Assembly (NCBI GenBank): GCA_013416795.1
Contig: RQSC01001240.1
Location: 1 to 64,000, forward strand
From: Prasinococcaceae sp. CCMP 1430
Lineage: Eukaryota; Plantae; Prasinodermophyta
Reading direction: 5' to 3'
Length of the DNA: 64,000 nt
Positions 45,975 through 57,008 of the stretch are shown here, one piece after another. How positions within the stretch are numbered: position 1 is the stretch's first letter; every line of letters starts with the position of its first letter. The translations under genes were made by a program, and so were the position numbers. The notes beneath the pieces are model-generated. The model did not search any database, was not told the DNA's origin, and worked only from the letters and a program-made list of their open reading frames with translations.

Positions 45975-46903
45975 CACGATGGAGGCGAGGCGTGTCCGAA
46001 CCTCGCCATGCCGTCGACAGTGACAAGCAAGGCGAGGACCCCAACTGCGCCGAGCTTGCCGTGAAGGCCTGCCAAGCTCTTCCGCGACTAGAAGATAGCC
46101 CGCTTCACAAGACGACGTTTCAGGGAGATCGTAAGATCGATGCAGCACCGTGGCCGAGCTCAAAGCCTTTGGTCTTGTCGTAGGCGCGTCGGGTGAAGCC
46201 AACGTGCCAGCCTTGCGCGCCTTCAAGGGCACGGTAGAAGTTGGCACACTGTCTAGGCTCCCACGCACGCGCGTCGGCATGCAAACTTGCGCGCGCGCAT
46301 TTGTGTGCCTTTGCTTTCGCGTACGAAGCAGTTGTTCACCCTGTTCAGTAAGTAGTTCTTCTTCGAAGGGTGCGATAACAGTGCGATTAAAATCTTCGTA
46401 TTTTTATAGTCCACAATTCCATATCAATTTGCACTCAACGCGCTTTGCTCGGGTTGCGCCCGACCTGGCACGCCGCTCCGCAGGCGGATGTGCGCGCGGG
46501 TCCGCATGCCAAGCAGGTCCGGCTCCGGCGCCTCCGGCGCCTCTTGCGCCTCGGGGACGCCCGGCCGGTCGGGCACCCGCACGCCCGGCCGCTCCGGCCG
46601 CTCCGGAGATGCCTGCTGCAGAGTGGCACGAGGGAGCGTGTGGGGCGTCCGGAGAGACGAGCGTCGACTGAAGCCCGAAGCGACGACACCAGGCCATGCA
46701 GTAGCCGCGCTCTGTGGTGCGAGGCATGAGCAGGTCTTGTGGGGAGCCGAAGCGGTCTCTGTAGATGGGGTGCGCGAACGTGCGATGCATCTCGTTGTCC
46801 TTGTGCAAGACGGAGTCGAGGCGAACGCGGTCCTCCGTTGTAACGGTTGAGAGGGTGAGGAGCTCGTTCTTGATGAGTCCGTCGACGGCCTTCTGCAGGG
46901 TGT

Positions 46904-47239
46904 CCACACGCTGGCGTTCGACACCCTGGGCCGTGCGCACAGGTCCACCAAGGGGGACATCCGTCACCTCTTCACCAACCGGGTCAAGCAGGCGGACCCA
47001 AGCCGCTGGCCGACGGGCAAGGTCTTTCGGGTCCTTGCCGACGGCCTGCACAGTTCATCGTCGGCATGCGTTCTCCGCGCGTGCGGCGTGCACACACACG
47101 ACCGCCCCAGGCGCCGCTCTCGCGGCAGCGCTGCGGGCGGATAGCTAGCTTTCACTCATGCCCTTACTTCTTAGACACACGCGCGCTACGCAACCTCGCG
47201 CTTGCGTCTTCTCGTACTGTAATCGCAACCTTTGCAGCA
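46904..47239 (+). mobile_element. 336-bp 5'-truncated copy (RLE C-terminus plus 3' UTR) inserted antisense into another element
   Basis: Flanked by a 9-bp target-site duplication GCAGGGTGT (46895-46903 and 47240-47248). Confidence 0.9.
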
Positions 47240-48330
47240 GCAGGGTGTTCTGGCAGACGGCAGCCGGGATTGACATGGAAGCTGGGTCGGCATTGGCGGG
47301 AAACGGTGGAGCCAAGGTCTCGTTGTCGGTGTTGATCATGGTGTGCAGGGCCTCGTACAGGGCAGCGCCCGCGGTGTCGGGGTGGGTGAAGTACTGCCAA
47401 GCGAGGGGGTGGCGTGTGGCGAAGGGAAGGACGGAAGTCCTCGCACCAACCCACGCCGGCAGGCGAACGGTGGAAGGGGCGCGCATACCGAACCCACCCT
47501 GGGAGATGGGAAGCCCGATGTGCTTCGGGAAGATCTTCGCCAGCGACCCAGTGCGGGTCGGAGTGTCGTCTGGCGGGACCTTGCCGAGTGCGCAATCCAC
47601 CGTGGCCTGGAGCAGGGCGTGGTGACGCTTCACGAGGAAGTGTGTTGGCTCAGCGTACCTGTCCTGTTCGCCCTTGCCGCCCGGGAAGAGGCCGCGCAGG
47701 AGGTAGTCGCTGATGGGGTGGACACACGTGCGGAGTACCTTGAGCGCTGCGCTGTGGTGCCCCCACGCGGAGAACTGGTTGCAGGCGGTGAGCTTGCGAT
47801 AGTACACCGCGTCCTTCTTCTCGAGAGCCCCTGCCACGAAGTCCTTGGTGCCGAGCGGGAAGCCCACGACGACGACGCCTTCAACCGCCCCTGGCGCGCA
47901 GCCAGCGGTGGAGGTGCGGGGGTCGGGGGGAAGGGAGTCGAGGTAGGCGACCACCGCCTTGCCGTCGCCCACGGTGAGCAGAGCCGCATCGAGGACGCAG
48001 TTGACGTCGGCGATCTTGTTGAAGAGGTCGTGGCCGAGCGCCTCCTTGCGAGCAGCGGTGAGCCTGTCAGGGTGGACGTGCATGCGCAGCTTGCGCTGCT
48101 GGGACTTGGCGAGCGCGACCACTTTGGCGGCGCGTCCACTCGCCCCGTTGACAGACGCGATGCCGGCGCGAAGGCCCCTCGGAGCGATGTGTAAGCAGCG
48201 AAGAGCCGACGGCACGTCCTTGCAGCGCTGCTGCTCGAAGCGTTGCTGACTGCCTTGCGAGCCAGGGGCTTTGCCGCGAGGCCCGAGGGCCCGCTCCCCC
48301 GAGGGGGCGGGTCGCGTCTCCCACGGCCCC
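47240..48330 (-). pseudogene. Retroelement ORF segment: J-domain-like region followed by RT thumb region; RT catalytic core absent
   Basis: Part of ORF 47145..48521; HPD at 48066-48074; thumb motifs at 47480-47883. Confidence 0.7.
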
Positions 48331-48558
48331 CCAGGCTCGTGCCGCTGCCCGGTCTGCCGCGAGACCAAGGCATCTGCCAAGGAGCTCCGGGACCACTGGA
48401 CCGCCAAGTGCGAGCCGGTCGGCGCCCCGCCCGCAGGCTGGAAGAAGGGCGACCCGGTACCCACACGCCTCCTGCCAGACTTGGCCACGGCCTGGCGCGA
48501 CCATCCGGTCTGCCGGCTCACCCAGGCTGAGAAGGAGTCTATGGGCGCTCACCACCAG

Positions 48559-49270
48559 TGCTGCAAAGGGTGCGATTACAGTACGAGAAGACGCAAGCGC
48601 GAGGTTGCGTAGCGCGCGTGTGTCTAAGAAGTAAGGGCAGGAGTGAAAGCTAGCTATCCGCCCGCAGCGCTGCCGCGAGAGCGGCGCCTGGGGCGGTCGT
48701 GTGTGTGCACGCCGCACGCGCGGAGAACGCATGCCGACGATGAACTGTGCAGGCCGTCGGCAAGGACCCGAAAGACCTTGCCCGTCGGCCAGCGGCTTGG
48801 GTCCGCCTGCGTGACCCGGTTGGTGAAGAGGTGGCGGATGTCCCCCCTGGTGGACCTGTGTGCACGGCCCAGGGTGTCGAACGCTAGCGTGTGGAACTGG
48901 ATGCGGTGGTGCTCGCAGATCTTCGCGTAGCGCTGGACGTGGACCTTGTAGAGGTGCTCCAGGCCTGCCGCCGTGGACGGGTTCGCGCCTGCCATGTTGA
49001 CCTTGGCTGACGGATCCGTGAAGGTGACGTCGAGGCAGTGTCTGTAGCCTGTGTCGGTGTCGGTGATGACTAGGTCCGAGCGCAGGTCAGTGGGCTGGCC
49101 ATTTTCGTCAGTACCGAACGAGTACTCGAACGAGTTGGTGGAGCTGGGGCCGTTGGTGTGCACGTGGTAGCCGGTGCGGCGAGCGACCTTCGCGAAGTTG
49201 CGCACGAGGCGGTTGTGGCGGTAGGTGCGCTCCCCTGCTGTCGACAAGCAGACCGTGGCGTGGGCGCCGT
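48559..49270 (-). mobile_element. 5'-truncated copy with the complete RLE domain and 3' UTR
   Basis: ORF 48654..49343: GAHATVC..RHNRLV..LRSDLVI..CLDVTFTD..KVHVQRY..FHTLAFDTLG; ends in the terminal CCCTTTGCAGCA motif. Confidence 0.88.
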
Positions 49271-49271
49271 T

Positions 49272-50190
49272 TCGTACTGTAATCGCACCCTTTGCAGCTT
49301 GCGTCTTCTCGTACTGTAATCGCACCCTTTGCAGCTGCTGCAAAGGGTGCGATTACACTCATGCCCTTACTTCTTAGACACACGCGCGCTACGCAACCTC
49401 GCGCTTGCGTCTTCTCGTATTGTAACATGGCAGGCGCGAACCCGTCCACGGCGGCAGGCCTGGAGCACCTCTACAAGGTCCACGTCCAGCGCTACGCGAA
49501 GATCTGCGAGCACCACCGCATCCAGTTCCACACGCTAGCGTTCGACACCCTGGGCCGTGCACACAGGTCCACCAGGGGGGACATCCGCCACCTCTTCACC
49601 AACCGGGTCACGCAGGCGGACCCAAGCCGCTGGCCGACGGGCAAGGTCTTTCGGGTCCTTGCCGACGGCCTGCACAGTTCATCGTCGGCATGCGTTCTCC
49701 GCGCGTGCGGCGTGCACACACACGACCGCCCCAGGCGCCGCTCTCGCGGCAGCGCTGCGGGCGGATAGCTAGCTTTCACTCATGCCCTTACTTCTTAGAC
49801 ACACGCGCGCTACGCAACCTCGCGCTTGCGTCTTCTCGTAACCGCGCGTGCGGCGTGCACACACACGATCGCCCCAGGCGCCGCTCTCGCGGCAGCGCTG
49901 CGGGCGGATAGCTAGCTTTCACTCCTGCCCTTACTTCTTAGACACACGCGCGCTACGCAACCTCGCGCTTGCGTCTTCTCGTACTGTAATCGCACCCTTT
50001 GCAGCGTATTGTAATCGCACCCTTTGCAGCAGTACGAGAAGACGCAAGCGCGAGGTTGCGTAGCGCGCGTGTGTCTAAGAAGTAAGGGCATGAGTGAAAG
50101 CTAGCTATCCGCCCGCAGCGCTGCCGCGAGAGCGGCGCCTGGGGCGGTCGTGTGTGTGCACGCCGCACGCGCGGAGAACGCATGCCGGCG
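49272..50190. repeat. Concatemer of element 3'-end fragments, head-to-tail and tail-to-tail, including a perfect palindrome at 49315-49357
   Basis: Terminal 20-mer GTAATCGCACCCTTTGCAGC at 49279, 49316, 49986 and 50011 (+) and at 49337-49356 (-); 3' UTR core repeated four times in this interval. Confidence 0.9.
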
Positions 50191-50370
50191 TACATGCGAC
50201 ATGCGGCCCTTGGAAGCTCGTGCCAGGGCGCGAAAGGACGCTAGGGGGTCGCACTGGGAGCACGGAAGATCTACAGCGGCATCCCTTGCGGGATGCGGCG
50301 AGTCTTACGGCACGCGGGGGACGCGGTATGTTCAGGGCGTTCGGGGAGCGCCTGCCAGCAGACTATAGCC

Positions 50371-52140
50371 TCACTGTGCTCTAGCGGAGTACGCCGAGAG
50401 GTCGGAAGGGGGCGCCGACCACTTGACTCCTTCGGCGCGTTCCACGATTCGACCGACATCGAGCAGCATGGCACCCTGGACCTGACCGAATGGAACCCCG
50501 GGTGTTTTGACCACGCTGCACTTGACCTTCACAATCACGCCAAAAGGTCCACTTAGGTCGGTCGCAGCGCACCAGGGCATCTCGCTCACGCTCCATGGGG
50601 TTTGGATGACTTCCTTGTGTGCTCGCAGATACGCAAGGATGTCGTCACACAGGCGCTCGACGTGATCCATCGACTCCACATCGAGGCAGATCTCGTGCTC
50701 GAAGAAGCGATTGCGCGCGGCGGTGATGTTCTTGATGCCCCCTGGGTTGTTCAGGAGTACGTGGTTCGCAATCGTGTGCGGGGTCTTGGACACGCCCGTC
50801 CTAGTGAGCAAGGTGGTGCTGGACGCTCCGATGCCGATGACGGTGCCGTGAATGTCCTTGCCGACGTGGATAGTGTCACCGACCTGGAAGATCGGGCGCG
50901 TCAGAAGAGCGATGCCAGCGATGACGTCGGCGACTGCATCTTTCACGCCAAAGGACAGCGCCACGCCGCCGATGCCGAGGAGACCCTGTCACATGCCGCG
51001 GCGACAAAGGCGGTGCAGGGAGTTTCGCTCCCGTCAGCGCCCTCGCTGCGTTCATTGCTGATGTCAAACCCTAACCCTAAACATGCAATTCAATACTGCG
51101 AGCATGGACATCTGTCCATCTACGCACGTGCGATGCAAGGAGGCGCCAGGCTCTTAGACGCACCCAAACAGTGCTGAGGGCAATGCCCATAGAGTTGAGA
51201 AAAACAATGGTTCCGACACAGCTCACCACTGCCTGGATGACGTTGCAATTCCTGCGAAGTAGGCGCCTGCGTCAGGACGCGCGAGGTCGAACGCAACAGC
51301 TTGCGGCACCATGATGCTGCTAGCTACCACAGCAAATGCGGAACGCTGGTGCCGATCAACTCACGTAGAAATCCGCGGTTCCAACTTGCGCGCTTCACCT
51401 CCAACGACGGCACAGGCCGCCAGCAAGCGCCTGCGGACCCTCTTGACGACTCTCCTGGCAAACCAGGCGCATGCCACGACGTACACCGGCCAGGGAAGCT
51501 GGAAGTTGGAGACGAAGCATCCCTTCGTGCCGATGAGCGTCACGTGCAAGGTCTTCGACATCCCCGTCGCCATGAGCAGGCGCGTGAGCTCGTTGGCCAC
51601 GACCAGCAGCTGAAGGGGGCCAGAGAGCGCCGCTGCGACGCTTTGGTCGTATGTGTAGCTCTCGCGAGCTCTCGTTTTGATCTTGTCCGCGAGCCGCCTG
51701 TCCGCAGAGCTGAACGCGCGCACGGGGAGGAAGTGGCCGATGAAGTCGGTGTGGAAGACGCGCTCCTGCATGTGCCAAAAGAGTCGGCAGGCACGCGGGA
51801 TGGCCAAGAAGATGACAGCGCCAACGAGGGTAGGCACTAGCACCTCAGCGTGGAATTTGGCCTCGGTCAGCCCAACGGCGCTGCGAGCATATTCAAGCGC
51901 CGCGCCGAGAAAGGTAGGCGGGGCGATCGCCTTTGCTGCCAACAGCGCGGGGCTACTCCGACCGCGAGCATCGGTACTAGGCGTGGCATGAGCATCGTCG
52001 TCGCTTCCCGGCACACCAGAGGAGGCCTCACAGCGACGCACACCCCTCGCCTTGGCAAATTTTCGCTTGCCTCTCCGCCGCGGCCTGCGGCTGTTGTGAC
52101 CCGCCGCTGCCCCTAGCGGTGCCATCGCCGCAGCAGCCAT
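50371..52140 (-). CDS. MscS-like small-conductance mechanosensitive channel; about 3 exons (middle exon ~51166-51261)
   Basis: TM2 exon VIQAVVSCVGTIVFLNSMGI; TM3 LGIGGVALSFGVKDAVADVIAG; PIFQVGDTI and HGTVIGIG..T; Arg-rich N-terminus resembling a transit peptide. Confidence 0.85.
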
Positions 52141-52802
52141 TGCACTGCCCCTGGTACGTGGACGTGGCACTCGCCGAGGATGCCCTCAGTGCCGTGACCA
52201 CGATATCGCGACGCCAGGCGCGTGCTGCGGCCACCGGGTGTACAGGCTGGGAGCTCCTGTGTAGTGACTTGAAATGTCTGCGGTCTGCGTCAGCTGTCTG
52301 CTCGTGGCTCCGCACACCATGTGGTCAGCCAGCGGCGCGGTGGGCGCGCGCGCGGTCGCGCAGGCGATGGGCCTGCCGCTCAGTGGCAGGTGGGCAGTGG
52401 CAGGCGAGTGCGCGCGAGACACAGGGCGCCCCACACCGCTGTGGCCCTGCGCTGGCAATTTGGCCGCACGTCGAACCATTCCGCGACAGCGCAGCGGGCG
52501 GCTGCCGCGACGCGCGCCGGCGTCCCTCGCCCTATGGCCCCGCCCCGACCTTCCACCCGCCCGCACCTGATCGCGCCTTGTGTGCTGGTGGCGCGCGGTG
52601 GCTCGCAGTGGCGCTCGGCGGCGCGTGGGCAGCGGCGTACACCGGGTAGCTGCGCGTGCGCGGTGTGGGGCGCGGCGGGCGCGCGTTTTCCTCCTGCGCG
52701 TCCGCAAACTCACTTTTCCCTGCGCTGCGTGCACGGGGGGGCTGCGCTGGGGTCCAAAAGTCGCCTGAACGTAAGTATTTACACAATGGTGCCGACTGCG
52801 GA

Positions 52803-53858
52803 TCATCCCGGCGCACCTCTGCGCGGCTGCCACCTCCGCTCGCTCATGCACACGCCGCAGTACCAGGCCTCCTCAGGCACGTGATCGAGGCCCACGCACG
52901 CGACGTGCGCGGCGCCGGCCTCGCACCCGTCGCACAGCAGCAGCGATCCCTCGTGGCCACCCGATCCACAGATCGAGCACACGACCTGATCCAGGTTGAG
53001 CAGCTGCGCGGCTTCAATGGGCTGCCCAGCGGCTTGCAGTTGCGCGGCCTCGGCGGCCGCCGCCTCGGCATCCCAGACCACCTGGTCGCGGTCGACGAGT
53101 GCGACGCCGTCGAGGGAGCTCACGCGTACGCGGCACACCGGGCAGGTGTTCTGACGCCGCAGCCACTCGTGTGCGCATCGGCGGTGGAACGAGTGGCCGC
53201 AAACCGGCAACGTCGAGACCAGCGACGAGGAGGACGAGCGCGTCGTTCTGCGGTCGCCTGGCTGCACGGCTGCGTGCGCGCCGCCGCCCGCGCCCACGCT
53301 GACGCCGGCGTCGTCGCGCTCAATGGCCTCGAAGCAGACAGCGCAGACGCTGTTGTCGGCGGTATCCCTGTCGAAGTGCGCGCTGCTCTTCTTCGGGGAG
53401 GCGGGCGGCGCGAGCGCGCGTTTTGGTCGTTTGGCGGGTCGCCACTGGCCGCTCGCGCGTACCCTCGTCGCTGCGCGCGGGCGCTGCGCTGCGTCGCCTC
53501 GCGGGGCCATCTTGCCGCCGCTGTCGTGCTCCCTCTCGTTCGGTTCCTCCTCCTCTTCGTCGTCGATGATCCTGATGTGGTCGCTCTCGCTACTGGTGGG
53601 CGTCGGGTAGCGCGCTGGCACACGCGTTTCCGCCTGCTTCTGCGCATGTGTCGAGCGGCGATCGCTGCCGAGCGGCGGCTGCGGCCCCGACGGCCGTCCG
53701 CGCGGCCGCAGGTGCGCGCCGCAGGCGCCGCCGACGACGGCCGCATCGCCGAAGGTTTGCGCATAGAGGGCGCTGAAGGCGACCCGGATCTCGTTGGCGT
53801 CCGGCTGAGAGCTCTCCCCCGTCCAAGCCGAGTGCGGCGCGCGGCCCCGTCGCGTCAT
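52803..53858 (-). CDS. RING plus PHD finger protein (PHRF1-like)
   Basis: RING CAVCFE..CGHSFHRRCAHEW..CPVCR; PHD CSICG..LLLCDGC..HVACVGL..WYCGVC. Confidence 0.9.
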   Translation of the reverse strand: MTRRGRAPHSAWTGESSQPDANEIRVAFSALYAQTFGDAAVVGGACGAHLRPRGRPSGPQPPLGSDRRSTHAQKQAETRVPARYPTPTSSESDHIRIIDDEEEEEPNEREHDSGGKMAPRGDAAQRPRAATRVRASGQWRPAKRPKRALAPPASPKKSSAHFDRDTADNSVCAVCFEAIERDDAGVSVGAGGGAHAAVQPGDRRTTRSSSSSLVSTLPVCGHSFHRRCAHEWLRRQNTCPVCRVRVSSLDGVALVDRDQVVWDAEAAAAEAAQLQAAGQPIEAAQLLNLDQVVCSICGSGGHEGSLLLCDGCEAGAAHVACVGLDHVPEEAWYCGVCMSERRWQPRRGAPG

Positions 53859-54629
53859 GGTCGACGCGGCCGTCGGCGTCGCCGGTGCGCCGTACGCTAC
53901 TTTTCCCGCCGCCGCCGCCGCCGCGGGGGCGGTCGCCGCCGCCGCCGCGGGGCGCGCACCCTGGCTGNCACCCGCACACCCGCCCTCTCCCCGCCACCCT
54001 GTCGTCGTCGCCCCGCGCGCGCGGGCGGGGCGCCGCGCAGACCGCGCTTTCCCGCCAAGACCAACCGAACGCAACCGCACCAAACCCAATCCATATCCCA
54101 CACACAAACCACACCACACCACACCACATCATCGAAAGGTCCTGATGAGAGAAAGAGAGACCGCCAAAGTAGATTACGTAGCAAAACGGGAGCGCGCATC
54201 GCATCGCGCGCCGCTCCCTCTCCGCACGGCCTCGCTCGATCGACCTCTCGCCTCGACCTCGACCTCGACCGCGACCTCGCTTCGCCGCTGCGCTGCGCTG
54301 CGCTGCGCCCGACCCACCGAGGGGGGGGTGCATGTGGCATGAGCGCGCGCGCCAATGCCCAATGCCAATGGACGGGGCGGCGCCTCCGCTCCGGCTTGGA
54401 CGAAACGGTTGTGTGTGTCTTGTCTGTTTGTGTGCTTGTCTGTGTGCTTGTTTGTCTGCCTCTCTGTGCGTTCGTGTGTTCGCGTTGGGCGGAGCCAGTG
54501 GGCGGACGGCGCACCCGTTCCCCGGGCGCGGCGGTGCCCGCGAGACGGAGCGCCGGCCGGCCGCGCACCGGAGGGGTCGCGAGCGCACGCGCCACACGCA
54601 CGCCTCGCCCCGCACGCGAGCGCGCCCGC

Positions 54630-56905
54630 GCGCGTGAGAGCGCTGCTGGCGCTCGCGCTGTGGGGGGCGCTGCTGGCGACGTCCGCCGTCGGCGCGGGGG
54701 TGGAGTGCGCCGAGCCCGGCGCGGGTGACGGCGGCGCACCGACACGAGTGGGGGGGACGAGCGACGGCGGCGCGCCCCGCTCGCTATTGGGGATTCCAGA
54801 TGAGGGCACCGGCGAGCACGCGAAGCTGTTCGGCCCCGCCGACTATCCCACTGACGAGGACGCCAAGCTGGCGCTGTGCCGGTGCGCGGGCTTCTGGATG
54901 CGCGCGCGCACCTCCAAGAGCCTCCGCGACAGCGGCTACCCCGAGGCGGTCGCCGACTGGGCGGCGTCACGGAGCGCGCTCCGGCTCGCCGAGGACTGCG
55001 AGTCCGTCCTCGCGCGCCCACCCGCGTCGTCGCCGCCGCCCGCGGGCATCTTCAACGCGAAGCACGTAAACGCAGGCTACATCGCCGCCGCCGAGATGTG
55101 CGCGAGCGGATGGGAGTGGCAGGACTTGGAGGCCCTCGAACAAGCCCAGGCCGTCGACCCGGAGTCGAAAGCGCGCACGGTGCGTCGCGCAGCTCCGCAC
55201 AGCCCCGCGCCTGCCGCAGATGCACAGAGGAGTGAGTGCAAGGATCCCGCAGCGCAGACGCTGCGACGGTGCGCTCGCGCGCGCGGTCCTGCCGCCATTC
55301 AATGCGCGCCGCTGTGCTGACCGCCTCGCGCCGCGCGCTGTGGCCCCGTTTTTCCCATCGCCATTCTGCGACTGACGACCCCTCCGCACGTCGTAGCGCA
55401 CGCTGGCGTGGACGACGCATCCCAAGGGCGTATCGCACGCACTGCTGTCGCCGACGCACGACCTCGTGAACATGCTCCCCGAGACCATGCTCACCTCCAA
55501 AGACACGCTCGCCAGCACGCTGAGGCGCTTCGGCGAGCGACGCGGCGCCGCATGCGCCGCGGGCCTGCAAGAGCACCTAGTCCCGCAGACCTTCGTGCTC
55601 TCCGATCCGGCGCAGTGTGCTGCGTTCGCATCGGCCGCGCGCGCCAACGTCGGCGCCATGTGGATCCTCAAGCCCGCGCAAGGGTCCCAAGGGAAGGGGC
55701 TGGCGGTGTGGCGGAGCGAGGGTGAGCTGGACGAGGTGACGGCTCTCTTCATCGAAGGCAATCGGTGCCCAGCGACGGCGAGGGGGGTCGCGCAGCGCTA
55801 CATAGCGGAGCCGCTCCTCCTTGGCGGCAAAAAGTTTGACTTGCGCATGTATGCGGTCGTAGTGAGCGTCGAGCCGCTCATAGCGTACTACGCGCGCGGG
55901 CACGCACGCGTGGCGCTCGCCGACTACGATCCTGAAAGCTATGACAGAGGGGCTCACCTCACCAACACCCACGTTGCGAGGCAAGGCGAGGCTTGGAGTG
56001 AGGTGCGGCCTATGGGCGCGTTGCGAAGCCAGCGAGTGCGTGATCGGGAAGGATCTCTCCCGACGCACCCACCGAAGTTTTTGCACTGGCGGCCGCGTTC
56101 GATGTCAGTTGCTGACGCCCCATCGATGTCACCGCTGCGCTCCTTCCGACGTCCCCGCGCTCAACGGCGGGCCCTTTGCCTCCGCAACACGCTCACATAG
56201 ACCAACGAGGATCACGCATGGAGCTTACAGCGATTGCTCGACTTCCTGCATTCGATTGATACCGATGGGCGGCACAAGGCGTTGGCTGGAAGCCTCGAGG
56301 CACGCATTCGAACGATGGCGGCGACGGCGATCTTGGCAGGCAAGGAGACGTGGGATCTGGACAAGAAGGACGGGGCCTACTTTCAGGGTAAGCTTCAGTA
56401 CATGCGCCGCGTCATATGGCCGCCCGACCCGCGTCCCGAGCGTCCACAGCGCTCGCGCTGCCCTCTCCAGCTCGCTGACACGAACGCGGGATGTCCCACG
56501 AATGCGCGCACCATGCCGTGTCGCTGCTTCTACGCCCACCTCAAACACCGCATGCACTTGACGCTCGCAGTTATCGGCTTTGACTTCATGATCGATAGCG
56601 ACTTGCGGCTGTGGCTAATCGAAGGCAACAAGAACCCACTCTTCTTCCCATCGAGCCAATCCAAGGAAACCACGACGCCCTCGTTGGTGCGCCACACGCT
56701 GAGGACGGTGCTCGCGCTGGCGGACGCGCGCATTGAGGGTAAAGATGCCAGCATCGCGCTCGCCGGCCACTTCAATGGTACGCTGCAGCCCCTCATCGAC
56801 AACGGGCATTCTCTGGCGGGGCTCATAAGAGGGTGCGGCGAGCAACCGTTGCATGAGATTGCCGCAGAGGGCGTTGAGGGCAGCGCAGGGCAGGGCGGAG
56901 CATGA
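54630..56905 (+). CDS. Tubulin-tyrosine-ligase-family ATP-grasp protein, multi-exon; start unresolved
   Basis: WILKP..GSQGKG, QRYI..PLLL.GKKFDLRMY, HLTN and GFDFMID..WLIE.N.NP. Confidence 0.85.
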
Positions 56906-57008
56906 AAGGCCTTCTCTTGCAACAGTACGTAATATTATTCCAACGCCGCAAGTCGACCCCAAAAGCGAGCACGCATGCTGCGCGTGCGCCATGGGGGTGC
57001 AACCGCGC

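Larger units (their letters stand above)
46365..50190. mobile_element. Cluster of nested, truncated and inverted CRE-like RLE non-LTR retrotransposon pieces
   Basis: RT motif-7/thumb region (GVVVVGFPLG, LRTC.HP..YLLR, LP.SQGGFGM), linker (RVRLDS..RRFGL), RLE domain (H..C..RHN..SD..D.T..K..RY..F..LAFDTLG) and multiple copies of one 3' end in both orientations. Confidence 0.85.

Noticed and set aside
47930-47950. VVAYLDS as a degenerate RT YxDD catalytic motif
   Set aside because: Second Asp absent, no upstream RT motifs, and the spacing to motif 7 is too short; it fits J-domain helix IV better.
49272-50190. Short repeats that could be read as a CRISPR array
   Set aside because: No unique spacers or regular period; repeats occur in both orientations and are retroelement 3' ends; no cas genes.
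51067-51082. AAACCCTAACCCTAAA telomere-like/telo-box motif
   Set aside because: Only about two units, inside a predicted MscS intron; too short to call an interstitial telomere or a regulatory site.
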